This document shows, piece by piece, positions 39,756-52,010 of a DNA stretch of 64,000 nt. The stretch is from Lama guanicoe. Lineage: Eukaryota. The stretch covers positions 10,468,873 through 10,532,872 of the forward strand of contig MU053881.1 in the NCBI GenBank assembly GCA_013239625.1. The letters are read 5' to 3'. Numbering within the stretch: position 1 is the stretch's first letter; each line of letters starts with the position of its first letter. A program made the translations under genes and the position numbers. Below the pieces are notes generated by a model, which saw only the letters and a program-made list of their open reading frames with translations, ran no database searches and was not told where the DNA came from.

Positions 39756-40190
39756 GGGTATTAGGTTCTTGCAGCTGCTATAACAAATTCTTATAAACTG
39801 GGTGGCTTAAAACAACAAACGTTTAGTCTCTTAGGGTTCTGGAGGCCAGAAGTCAGAATTCAAGGTGTTGGCAAGGCTGTGCTCCAGCTGAAGGCTCTAG
39901 GGAGAATCTTTCCTGCCTTGTCCAGCGTTTGGTGGCTTCAGGTCTTCTTTGGCTTGTGACGGCATAATCCTGTCTCTCTGTCCCTGTCTCTGCGTTTCCT
40001 TCTTTCATGTGTGTTTCTGGGTCTCAGGTCTCTCTTTGTCTTTCATAAGAACAACAGTTTTTGGGATTAGGGCATATTGAAATCCAAGATGATCTTAACT
40101 TGAGATCCTTACCTCACTTACATCTGCAAAGACACTTATTTCAAATAAGATCACATTCTGAGATTTCAGGTGTACAATTTCAGCCCAGTT
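39756..40190 (-). mobile_element. MaLR solo LTR, MLT1C-like
   Basis: 'gctgctataacaaatt..aaactgggtggcttaaaacaaca..ttctggaggccagaagtc..ttacatctgcaaagac'. Confidence 0.88.
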
Positions 40191-40789
40191 TGGCTGCCAG
40201 TTTCCAAATTTTGATTTCATCATGGGGATAAGATGATATTTCAGTCATAAACAAAAGGATCATCTTATTTTATTTAATTTTTCTTTTTTAGGATCATCTT
40301 ACTGTATGACTTTTATGAAAGACCAGGGAACCTGTCCAATTTCTTTTCCTGCATGATGTCAGTTTAAGCTTGGTAATAATAATCCACAAAAGTTCCACAC
40401 TGACCGAAGGTTAAAATTATGGAATTATCAGAATATATTTCAAGCAATATACATGCATGTACAAAATGACAGCACAGGGGTTTATAGGGAAGCATTCTTT
40501 ATGTGCATGGCTTTTAGGAGGGGTAATGCCATAATATTACTTGCCTTTTTTAAAAAAAATGTTTACTGCCCCTCACTCCCCTGCCCCTATCCTCCCAGCC
40601 AATAGTTACAAATCCCTGGTAAAAATGCATAATGTTGGAGGATGAAATGGAGATTCATCATAATTAAAATGCATGTCCACAGGTGAGGGTGGGGTGAAAC
40701 GAACATATGAATGAGACTTCTTAAAAAAAAGTGCCCAGGAGCAAGGAGACAGAAGAACCAAGAAAGAGAGATGGGCAGATTTTTTTGGA

Positions 40790-41040
40790 TATACAAACAA
40801 TACCAAATTTTCTCATATTTTAAAGAGATGTACTAAAGTTTTTAGGAGTAATGCGTCATGATGGCTTGAGATTGGCTTTAGATTACATCAGGACAAAACG
40901 TGTAGAAGCAAGTATGGCAAAAATGTTAGCAGTGATTCAATTCAGGTGATGTATTTATCAAGTTGATTATAATTTTATTTCATGTTTGAAATGTTTTCAC
41001 AATGAAATGTATTACAAATAGAAAGTTAAAAATTAAAAGA
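40790..41040 (+). mobile_element. Old L1ME 3' end
   Basis: 'atggcaaaatgttagcagt', 'atgtttgaaatgttttcacaatgaaa'. Confidence 0.55.
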
Positions 41041-43149
41041 ATGTATACTTTGCCAGGACTGGTTGTCTGCCAGAGGGCATCAGGAAGAGCATGATCGAGA
41101 AGAGTTTTCAAGTTCTATTTACGTAAATTCTTTTAAATTAACATCTCTCTCTTTGTCTCTTTTCTATTTCCCCTCCTTTTCCCGATCTCCTTCCAGAACT
41201 TACTGGAAAAAGTATTGCTACTCCTGCTCTGCTCATTGGGATTCATATGTGAAAAAAACAGTTCTGGAAAGCAAACGTCCCTGATGGAGGATAAAAAAAG
41301 GGAGAGTTTAATAGACAATATTTTACTTAAATGTTTTAAAATATTAAAAACATTTGCTTGAGCCAACATTTCCACAACAATTGAAATATGATCCAGCCAA
41401 AGACAGGCATCCCACAGGTACAAGTGCATGATGAGGACGTGTATGATCTGGTCACTTGTCAGGTGAAAAATTCTGTCACCCTGGTGGGGGTGTAACTTTC
41501 AAGAAACACCAGGTCCACTTCAAGAAATACTTTAAAAAACTAAAAAAACAAGGTGTTTTGAGATATTTGTCCCTTCTGTGATGAACAGTACTTTTTTTTC
41601 TTTTTTTGACTTGCCAACCCCATAACAGCCTGCAAATGTATCAGCGTGTGTAAATGATTTTCTGCCTTCGAGCACAAAGTATCCATAGATGTGCAGAGAG
41701 ACAAGATTTCTCCTTTTGCAAATAGCACTGCTCTATGGCAGATTGCCAGAACTCACAGAGGCATGTTATCACACTGTCAGGAGGCACTGTCCCCATGAGG
41801 AAAGATACCAGTTTCAGGGACTGTATAGAGTAATTGTGGTGTAGGTACGCCAATTGATAAAAGAGCAGAGATTTTGGCATTACATCAATAAGCAGTGTAA
41901 TTAAGGTAATAGGTAGCATGCCATCTCATCGAGGGACTGCGGTAATACCAACGCGTGTTAACTCACTTTAACACTCCCTGAATACTAATTACTGTCATGT
42001 TTAGGATTTTACAACATGCAGTAAATTTAACAGAATTTAACATACCTGGATAATTACTATTGTGTTAATACATACAAGTAGTTATTCAAGAAACATACTG
42101 TAGCTCTTTTTTTTTTTTTTTGGATTTCTTCAAAAGTATTCTCCAGGTATGAACTACCATATGATTGGAGGATTTGGATTTTCTTGTTTTATAGATGCGT
42201 TCATGTAAACACTGTATCCCCAACCTCCTGTTTGAGTACGGCTACCTTTATCATACAGACATTTAGCAACAACAACAAAGGTTTTACATTTGAAAAGGCA
42301 TTTAAAATGTAAATGCCTTGAGTCAGCTGTCATCTCTATTTGTGTAGGGGAACTGGGGGCTGATGCATTTCCGAGGAAATATTATTTTTGCAATTTCAGT
42401 TATACTTGGCTAATTGCCACTTTTAATATATTCTCCTGCTTTCAGACACTTAGATAATTAGTGCTCAAAATTCAAGTCCTTCTCCCTATATGCACCACCC
42501 CTCATGCTTTCATTTCTCCACCTTTCTTGTGTTTTCAACCATTCTGATATTTCTTTTTTTTTAAATTTTTTCTAGTTTTTAATTTCTCCTACCTCTCCCT
42601 ATCAGCATTCATTATTCTTGGCTCAGTCACGCCTGCTCCCTTACTCAACTGTTGACATGTGAGTGCTGAGTTCTGAGTATCTCAACGATGTTATCTTTTC
42701 CTGAATTTACCGACAGAATCAAATGTCAATGTGATATACATACGGAAGAAAACTCTACGATTTATAATATTACACAATATGCTTCTAGCTTTTAAATAAG
42801 ACCCAAACCATTTGTGCTTGGACACAATCTTGACTATTTTTAAATATGTTATTTATTAGCTATCCAAGTAAAAATGGAGTTTTACACACAAGCATGTATA
42901 TATTTTCTCCCTTGAAATGGCACGAATACAAGAGAAGTGTAATTAAAACATATAAACATGTAATACTAGGTAGGCCAGGTGTTGCAGGACACCGAGTAAG
43001 TGGCTTAGTGGTAAATGGCTTAGAAGTTCCCCAAAAGGCCCTACTGCTAAACCATATGCGGAAGGGGGAAATTTTACCAGATTCACAGCATGAACTGTGG
43101 CACTCTTAAGAAGTAGGGGTAAAAAAGAAGAGCAAAAAATTTAAAAATC

Positions 43150-44950
43150 AGGACATCAGCACAATGGTGGGTAGGAAGCTCCAGGCCATGTTTCACTATG
43201 GAAATATTACATCACCAGCTACAGACTGGTGAACATAACTTTATGGGAGCTCTGGTCAAGGCTCTGCAGCAAACAAATGAATATTCAGAGAAGAAAAAAG
43301 AAATTACATTCAAAGTAATAGGACATTTTGTGGTATTTTTTCTTGTAATTCTCCTCCCCTCTATCCATGGCTCAGGGCGGTTTGGGGAAAGCAGTACTCT
43401 CATCCCAGGTCTCTTCCATGAGCCTGAAAGAGCTCAGCGAACCTGGTGAGCAACTTCGTAACTTGTCCGGGGGCGGCCTGATTGGTCTCTAGGTCACTCA
43501 GCTCGACAGAACTGATAGCCAAAGCAGAAAAGCTCAAATCTCAGGCTAGGGGAGACTGTGGGAAACAGTGGTCATGGCCTGTGAGAACCACAGGGATGCT
43601 GTAAGACCTCAGAAGCCTGTGACAACAGAGTACTGATTGAGGAAAACAACAGAACTGCTACAGACCAACGGAAGCCAGGATAAGATTCTTGGGGAAACCA
43701 AGACATTTCAAAGCAGCCGTGTATAAGGGAAAATTGGGGGGGGGATCCCAGTATAATCAAATGACTAGGAAAAAAATATACACCCAGATTGCCTGAAAGA
43801 CCTTAAGCCTTTGCAACAGGCTGACTAGTAAAGGTAATTTCTGGGAGGAGCAAGTCTGAAACTGAAACAGGAGGCTGTTCTTTCAAAATTCACTTTCTTT
43901 TTGCAAAATCTATTACAATTTTCACCAAAATACTGCCATGAACACAAAGAAACAGGAAAATATGGCCCAATCAAAGAAACAAAAATAAATTACCAGAAAC
44001 TATCTCTGTAGAAACAGAGGCATTAGTTTTATTAGGTAAGAATTTTAAAACAATGGTCTTGAACATGGTCAGTGTAAAAGGAAAAGAATGAAGCAAAGGA
44101 AATGAGGAAACGACATAAGAAGGAAGTAAAGGTATCAACCAAAATAGATAATATAAACATGGAATTTCTGGAGCTAAAAAAAAAAATACAGTATTTGAAT
44201 TGAAACAGTCATTACAAGTGTGCAACATGAGCTTCAAACAGGCAGAACACAGAATCAGTGAACTTGAAAATAGATCATTTGAAATTCTGAATTATGAAGA
44301 TTAAAAAAAAATGCTGAACAGTGAGTCTCAGGATCTTATTGGACAATGTCAGGTGGGCCAATATATATTAAGGGATATAGTTCCCTGTGCTATACAGTGA
44401 AATCTTCTGTTTATCTATTTTATATATAGTAGTTAGTATCTACAAATCCCAAACTCCCATTTATATTCAATAACTTCTAATCGCTTATAATGAAAAGGGA
44501 TATATACATGTATAGCTGAATTACTATGCTGTACATCAGAAACTAACATAACATTGTATACCAACTATACCTCAATAAAAAATGTTTTAAATATATATAT
44601 ATATTTAAATATATCTAAAGGGAGTCCAAGAAGGAGGAGAAAGGGAGCAATAAAATCATAAAATTATTTAACGAAAAAATTATTTAAAGAAATATTGGCC
44701 TAAAATTTCTAAATTTGAGAAAATATAAGGATATACAATTCCAAGAAGCTCAATAGACTCTAAATGGGAGAAAGCCAAAGAAATCCACACTGAGATACAT
44801 TATATTCGCACTTCTGAAAGGCAGAGACAAAAAGAGAACCTTGACAGCAGCTAGAGCAAAGTGACTCATCACATACAAGGCATCCTCCATAGATGCTAAG
44901 CAGATTTCTCAGCAGAAATTTAGCAAGCCAAAAAAAAAAAAAAGATATGA
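43150..44950 (+). mobile_element. L1 (L1MB/L1M-type) 5'UTR and decayed ORF1
   Basis: ORF1-like segments 'aaacaggaaaatatggccca', 'agaatcagtgaacttgaa', 'gggagtccaagaaggag', 'ccacactgagatacattata', 'gcagatttctcagcagaaa'. Confidence 0.8.
44376..44607. mobile_element. 5'-inverted (twin-primed) short L1 3'UTR insertion
   Basis: antisense part 44376-~44462 joined to sense part ~44463-44607; TSD aatatatattaaggga (44360-44375) / aatatatctaaaggga (44608-44623). Confidence 0.85.
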
Positions 44951-44954
44951 TACA

Positions 44955-46867
44955 CAGGAATATCTCATTTTATTGTGCTTCATCGATACTGTGTTTTTTT
45001 TAAAAATTGAAGGCTGGTGGCAAACGTGCATCACGTAAGTCTGTGGAAGCGATTTTCCCAGTAACAGGTGCTCACTTTATTTCTCTGTCACACTGTGGTA
45101 ATTCTCACAATATTTCAAACTCTTTCATTCTAATTATGTTTGCTATGGTGATCTATGCTCAGTGACCTTTGATGTCACCATTGTAATTGTTTTGGAGCAC
45201 CAAAACCTGTATAAGATGGCAAACTTCATCAATACATGTTGTGTGTGTATTTTTTTTTAACATCTTTTATTGATTTATAATCATTATACAATGTTGTGTC
45301 AAATTCCAGTATAGAGCACAACTTTTCAGTTACACATGAACATATATATATTCACTGTCACATTTTTCCCCCGTTGTGTGTGTTCTGACTGCTCCCCTGA
45401 CCAGTCATTTCCTCATCACTCTCTCCTTGGCCTTCTTCTTGTATGAGATGCAACAGTATTGAAATTAGGCCAATTAATAATTCTACAGTGGCTTTCAAGT
45501 GTTCAAATAAAAGGAAGAATCACACTTTTGTTTTAAATTTTAAATCAAAAGCTAGAAATAATTAAACTCAGAGAGGAAGCCATGCCTAAAGCCAAGATAA
45601 GCCAAAAGCCAGGCCCCTCGCACAGTTACCCAAGTTGTGAATGCAAAGGAAAAGCTCTTGAAGGAAGTTAAAAGTGCCCCTCCAGTGAATCCACAAATAA
45701 GAAAGTGAAGCATGCCTTACTGCTGAAAAGGAGAAAGAAACATTCTACATAGAAGTTCAAAGGAGCCACAATTTCCCTTAAGCCAAAGCCTAATCCAGAG
45801 CAAGTCCCCCTCTTTGATTCTATGAAGTCTGAGAGAGGTTGCAATAGAAAAGTTTGCAGCCGGCAGAATGGTTCGTGAGGTTTAAGGGAAGACACCCTCT
45901 CCATAACATAAAAGTGAAGGTGAAGCGGCAAGTTATCCAGGAGATGTAGCTCAGATCATTAATAAACGTGGCTATGCGAAACAACAGACATTTCAGTGCT
46001 GATGAAACAGCCTTATAATGGAAGATGCCACGCAGCACTTTGATAACTCGAGGAGAGCAGCCAGTTCCTGACTTCAACGCTGAAAGGACAGGCTGACTTT
46101 CTTGGTAGGAGCTAATGCAACTGTTGGCTTGAAATTGAAGCCAATGCGTGTCTACCATTCTAAAAATGTTGACGGCTCTTAAGAATTATGGCAAATCTAC
46201 TCCGCCTGGGCCCCATAAATGGAACAACAAAGGCTGGACGTTTGTTTACAATATGATTTGCTGACTATTTGCTAACTACCAATCAGAAAAAAAGAAAAAA
46301 AAATTCCCTTCAACATAGTACTGCTCTTTGACAATACATCTGGTCCCCCAAGAGCTCTGATGCAGATGGATAAGATCAGTGTTGTTTTCCTGCCTGCTAA
46401 CACAACACCCATTCTGCAGCCCATGGATCAAGAAGTAATTTTGACTTTCCACTCATTCTTTAAGATATACATTTTGTAAGGCTGCATTTCCCATAGATAG
46501 TGATTCCTCTGGATCTGGGCAAAGTAAATTGAAAGTTCCCGCAAATAATTCACCATTCTAGGTGACATTGCAAACATTTGCGATTCGTGGGAGGAGTAAA
46601 ATGATCAATATTAACAGGAGTTTGGAAGCATTAGATTCTGACTTCCGTGGAAAATGCGTAGGGGTTCCAGACTTCAGTGGAGGAAGTAACTGTAGATGTG
46701 GAAATACCAAGAGAACTAGAATTACAAGTGGAGACTTGAAGGCGCAACTGAGTTGCTATGATCTCATGATAAAATCTCTGCGATAAAACTTCACTATTTT
46801 TCGTTTACAAAATTCCCACAGCCACCCCATCGTTCAGCAACCACCACCTTGGTCAGTTAGAAGCCAA
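44955..46867 (+). mobile_element. Tigger1 (TcMar-Tigger) DNA transposon, decayed transposase, right end missing
   Basis: left TIR-like 'caggaatatctcattttattg'; transposase remnants LNQKLEIIKL (~45540), DETAL (~46000), LLFDN (~46321), [13 protein letters not shown] (~46393); stops and frameshifts throughout. Confidence 0.93.
45249..45372 (-). mobile_element. Young lineage-specific L1 3' end inserted in Tigger1
   Basis: poly-T then antisense L1 tail; perfect 11-bp TSD gttgtgtgtgt at 45238-45248 and 45373-45383; near-identical to the reverse complement of 63785-63904. Confidence 0.9.
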
Positions 46868-47232
46868 ACATGCTGCAATATAACGTGAATGATGCTTGCA
46901 GGCACTGTGCTCAGCCAATCAGCCAGTTACAAAAGGACAAATGTTGTTAGGTTTCCACTCATATGAGTTACCTAGAGTAGTCAAATTCATTGAGAAAAAA
47001 GGTAAAACGTGGTTGCCAGGGGCCTGGAGTAGCAGGGAATTGGGACAATACTGTTTAGTGACTATACAGTTTCAGTTTGGAAAGATGGAAAAAAAAAGTT
47101 CTGGTGGTGGTTAGCTGTGATGATTGCACAACAGCGAGAATGTACTTACTGCTATTGAGCTATTCGCTTAAAAGTGGCTAAGAATAAATATTATGTTATG
47201 TATATTTCACCACAATAAAAAAAAATTAAAAA
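46868..47232 (+). mobile_element. L1MB-type 3'UTR with A tail
   Basis: 'acctagagtagtcaaattcat..gtggttgccagggg..gtttcagttt..atgtatatttcaccacaataaaaaaaaa'. Confidence 0.88.
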
Positions 47233-47729
47233 CTGAAGAATGATTTGAAAGAGTATATAAGAAATTTGAATTCCCAGCTCTTCCTTCATCTCGCATATCC
47301 CTCCAGGCAAAAGTTGGTGAGTTCAGTCTCTGAATGGGATAAAACTGAGGGTGTCTGGCTTTCGTAACACCAGCCACAGTTGATGGTATGGCTGTCCTTC
47401 TGAAAAACAGCAGGATTAATGCCCATGTGCATACTAGATGGTTACATACGTCACCTCCTTCCCCCAGAAATCTAGAATTATAGCAACCATGACCACCTGC
47501 CAAGCAGAATACGTTTAGAAATTTCCCTGGGGAATCTGACAACTACAAAAGGGAAGAATTAAGAAACTTCAATTGAAGATCCTTAACTTTTTGCTAAGAC
47601 CATCAGTCGTATCACAGTGAGCGTTATAGTTGGCATGCTTCTCAGTGAGGCTCTTGGTCATAACTTTTTAAAGCACTGAGCTCAAAGAAAAGTTTTTGAG
47701 AACGTTCAGGGAGAAGCGGAGAAGAAAAA

Positions 47730-49012
47730 TATGTTAAAACCCAAAATAAAAACTGAACGTTTTATGTAGTATCACCTGAGAACTAGAAGGCAATGGAGCA
47801 AGGCCTTTAAAATTCAGAAGAAAAATCAGAAAAATTATTTCAACCTGCAGTTTTACAGCACCAGACTTTAAATCACTTCCTTGAGGAGGATAAATATCTG
47901 TAGATCGGTGTGATCTCAAAATTCTTAATTCTTATATACCTTTTTAAAGGAAGGTATCAGAGGTTATGCTCCTCTAAAATGAGGAAGGAAATCAAGAAAG
48001 AAACCATGGGCTGTAGGAAATAAGCTATTCACCCCAGGAAAGAAGGGAAGGCCCTTGCCAGGATGGTGTTCAGGAGGGATCCCTGCTTGGCCCACGGTGT
48101 GGGGAATACATAGAGCTGTGTACTCGGAGACAGACTCCTGGAGGGAGACGAAATGAACAGAACAGCTGATGTGTTTAAGTGTCTGGAGAGGAGACTTACC
48201 TAATTTGTGACAAGTTTAGAGTTTTCTATGGACTCCATAGAAAACTAGGAGTTATACTGAGTTTTGTCCACCTCAAACTGGTATGTTAAAGGCTAATGCC
48301 CAGTGCCTCAGAATGTTACTCTATTCGGAGACAAGGTCTTCAAAACGTAATTAAGTGAAGATGAGGTCATTCGGGTGGGCATTAGTCTCATCTGACTCGT
48401 ATCCATATAAGAAAAGCAATTTTAGACACAGACAGGCACAGAGAGAAGAGTTGGGAAGACACAGGGACAAGGCAGCAATCCACAAGCTGAGAAGCCTCAG
48501 AAGAAACCAGCCCTGTGGACACTTTGATCTCAGACTTCTAAGCCTTCAGAATCGTGAGGAAATCAGTTTCTGTCGCTGAAGCCACCTGGTCTATGGTAAT
48601 TTGTTATGACAGCTCTAGAAAACTAACACACTAAGCCAACAAACAATGCATAATTATTAAACACATCATTGTGCAGCAAAGGGAGAGGCACTGAACTAAC
48701 CATAATTATGATGAGAAAATATTGCGAGGACGAGGAGAAAAGTAATTGAGGGGTGGGGGAATGGCAGGGGTAAGAATAAAGCCAAATGCTCTGCCTATAT
48801 AGAAGGATGATAACAAACAATGAAACTTGAAATGAAAACTCAGAATGATTTATTTAGAGGAACGGCAGGAAACAACAGATTGATCAGTGAAAAGAGCTGA
48901 AAATGGTTGTTTCTAGGGAGATGGAATGCGAGGTGGGGGTCGGATACATTGTGGAAGTATTCAACACTTTAACCACATTAACATCTAACTTTGATGCATA
49001 TAAAACATAAAA
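47730..49012 (+). mobile_element. HAL1 (half-L1) 3' part, split by an MLT1 LTR
   Basis: 'agaaggcaatggagcaaggcctttaaaattc', 'tgctcctctaaaatgaggaaggaaatcaagaaag', 'ctgatgtgttt..gagaggaga', 3' 'gaaaatggttgtttctaggga'. Confidence 0.7.
48250..48630 (+). mobile_element. MaLR solo LTR, MLT1A/B-like
   Basis: 'cctcagaatg', 'gatgaggtcatt', 'gcctcagaagaaacc', ends 'aaactaacaca'; 5-bp TSD ctagg/ctaag. Confidence 0.9.
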
Positions 49013-51326
49013 TATACCACCCATTATAGTTACTGGGCTATTTGCTACATGTTATAAATGAAAAATGAACACTGCAGAGGAACTAAATTATTTCTCTTTT
49101 TTTTTTTTTTCACGCAGTTTGATATAGGCTGGTTGAGGATCTGCAATCAAAACTTAGGAACCCAAACTCACTATTCATTTTCAAAATGATGCCATAGAAC
49201 CTGGACTTCTCAGATCCTTGAAACTGGAAAGCTATTTCTAATCCTAACATCTATGAAAAGGTTGACAAGATTACGCCACAAGGATGAGCCACTACTGAGA
49301 CGGCTGCTGCTTCTGGTACACAGATTTGAAGAGACAGCCATTAATTTTCAATTAAGAACCTTGAAGATTATCCAAGTCTTAAGTTGGGTTTTAATGAAAA
49401 TTTCAGTTCATGCCAGGGTAATTAATTTATTTTCATGCAAAAGCTAAAAGTAGTGAGAATGCATCCCTTTCAATTTCAAAAGTAAATAATTGAACTTTTA
49501 TGAAAGCGAAGTATTATCTTCTAGACTGAAATAGGAATACTTGAGCTAAACATCACATCGCTGTAAGAATTGAAGATTTTCCTCTACAGCCCCAAACATG
49601 CATTAAATCTAAGACTAGCTTCGCTTCACTCTTTGTGAACTGCAATATGAAAATATTAAAAGTAGCTTGAAATGATATTTGCTTTTCTGTATATGGTTAT
49701 GTACATGTGATCAATGGGAAGAAATATATAAAATACAGCTAATACAGAGAGCTGTGCTAAAGCGCTCCTGCATCTCTAAGTCCTGTCTCTATTTTCAGAC
49801 CTTTATGGCCCAGTCAAAAAAGGCAGTAAGTACCAGTTCCAGCAATCCCTAGATCCCAGGGGAATTTGGCCCAAGTCAGGTTTATGTTTCAGATCCCATC
49901 CATATACCATCTGCTAGCACAAATATAAAAGTAGCACAATGAATCTGTCGACTAACCATTCTGCACTGTGTTCACCTTACTTTATTCATTCTGCTAGATT
50001 TTCTCCTTCATTTGCTATATCCACGATAACCAAATATTCCCACTTAAACTTTTAACATCTTGCATGTACTGAAGTGTGATTGTTTCCTTGCCATCCAAAT
50101 ATTAACTAATAATAATGGAGAACTTACTGTGAGCCAGGCACTATGCCAGGTACTCAGAAAACAATGTTCATTAATATAAATCGTGCAAATCAGGGAGTCA
50201 TGATGGACCACCGGATAGGCTAAACGTATGGTGTCATAAAGTGCTGGGGTGAGGGTGGGTTCCATGCAGGATAGAAAACAGTGGGACGTTAGGGTAAAAT
50301 GAGGAGGGTGGAATATAAACTGAAAAGCTTTGAACTTCATCCTACAAGTCTGATGTTTTCAGTCATGAAACTGTTATGACACACTTGGAGTCTCATGACA
50401 CACTTTTTCGGTGAGGGGTGTTAACATAAATATTATCTCTCTCCTCCCCTTTTTTTTCTTTTTAGTAATTTAGAGCAGACTTATTGTCTTCTTTCTTATG
50501 TTATTCATAGCCAATTGCCTTTTAAGTAATAAAGAGCTGGCATTTCAGCTGCTATACTGAAAACTGCAAAAGGAATTTCTAAGACACATACCACGTCATC
50601 TGCTGTATACCAAAGTGGGACTTGATGGAACCTTTTTTCCCCCTATTTCCAATCTCTTTTAAAAGAAGCCAATGTCTTCATTTGAGAGATCTGCTCCCTT
50701 CCCATACTGCCTGAGTTCCAGGAGCTTCTCACAAAGTACTCCACCTTGCTAGCGGCAAGGAGAGGTGTGCTATGCTAGCCAACCATGCTAAGTCCCTCCT
50801 CTGGGCACAGTGATTGGCGCAGGAAAGACTGGACCAAAACTGGAACATACCTCATGTGTCCTAAAACCAATGATGCTTTGCCACAGGGAGAGAAGGGGAA
50901 GCGGGTCTGAGGGATGGTCTGGGGATGGTTGCTGGTTGACGGATAGACCTGGAGACTGAGGAAGGGCATTGACTTTTGGACAAGTCATGCAGAGGTTACA
51001 CAGGTTTTGGAAATAAGTTTCAACCTTGTCTGTCTTTACCAATGAAACCTTTGTAATTCTATCCTCAGCCAAGTGTTCATTCTTTCTTCTTTTTCCCTCT
51101 GCCCACCTCCCTCTTGCCAAAGCCTTCCCCAAACCTTGCCTTTTAGACTGTAAGTGATACTATCAGGGTTTTTTGGGGGGGGAAAAGTACAATTTATAAC
51201 AACAGAAACAACAATCTCAAAGTTGTTTCTGTAAAATGTCCTCAGAAGGGCTCTCTTTTGCATTTTCAAAGTGAAGCGTTTCCAAGCAAGTCTGTGTCTC
51301 TGAGCTACTTCACCTATGCATGTATG

Positions 51327-51342
51327 TATATATATATATATA

Positions 51343-51399
<57 letters not shown>
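51327..51399. repeat. Long (TA)n microsatellite with one A-run interruption
   Basis: read directly; about 27 uninterrupted AT units at 51346-51399. Confidence 0.97.
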
Positions 51400-51402
<3 letters not shown>

Positions 51403-51804
51403 GTTACCGCAAAGACAATAACAGAGATTCATTGTTTGTTGACTCCTGTAGCATGTCTCAAATATCTTGCTGAAGTGACCCCTAGGGGAACAAAGGAAGA
51501 CCCTGCCCCTAAGACAAATTGCCTAGCTTACCCTTAGAGATTCAGGAAGCAGATGTTTCAAAGTTTTGGAACAGCTATTAAATCTATTTCAGCAGTCATC
51601 AGAGATTCAAAATTACTGAGGCCAATTCCCCTAGGACATTATCAGATACTATTGAAAATGAAAAGATACTTATAAATCTACATAAAATAACAGATAGGCA
51701 TCTAAAATCATCTGTTATTTCAGCACTGGACACAGAGTAACTCATAGGTACTGGAACCTTAAAACAAGCAGGTAACCATCAAAGCATAAAGAGACCTTCT
51801 AGGA

Positions 51805-52010
51805 CAGTCATTCTTAAGCAGTGGTGCAGTGGTCCGTATCCACTATGATAATGAATATACTATTAAAAAAAAAAAAAAAAAAAAAAAAAGAAGAGCCAAC
51901 CCAACCCTAAACCAGTTGAACTCGATGGTCTAAGTGTGTGGCTCCAGTACATGCAGTTTGGAAGAAGTTTCCCATGGGATTCTGAACCACATCATTATTA
52001 AAAATCACTG
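51805..52010. mobile_element. MER5-like hAT element containing an A25 run (51865-51889)
   Basis: termini 'cagtcattctta' and 'taaaaatcactg' are approximately inverted; internal 'cccaaccctaaacc', 'gattctga'. Confidence 0.55.

Noticed and set aside
45488..46790. Possible domesticated Tigger transposase (TIGD1-like gene)
   Set aside because: Many stops, frameshifts and internal deletions; no long plus-strand ORF
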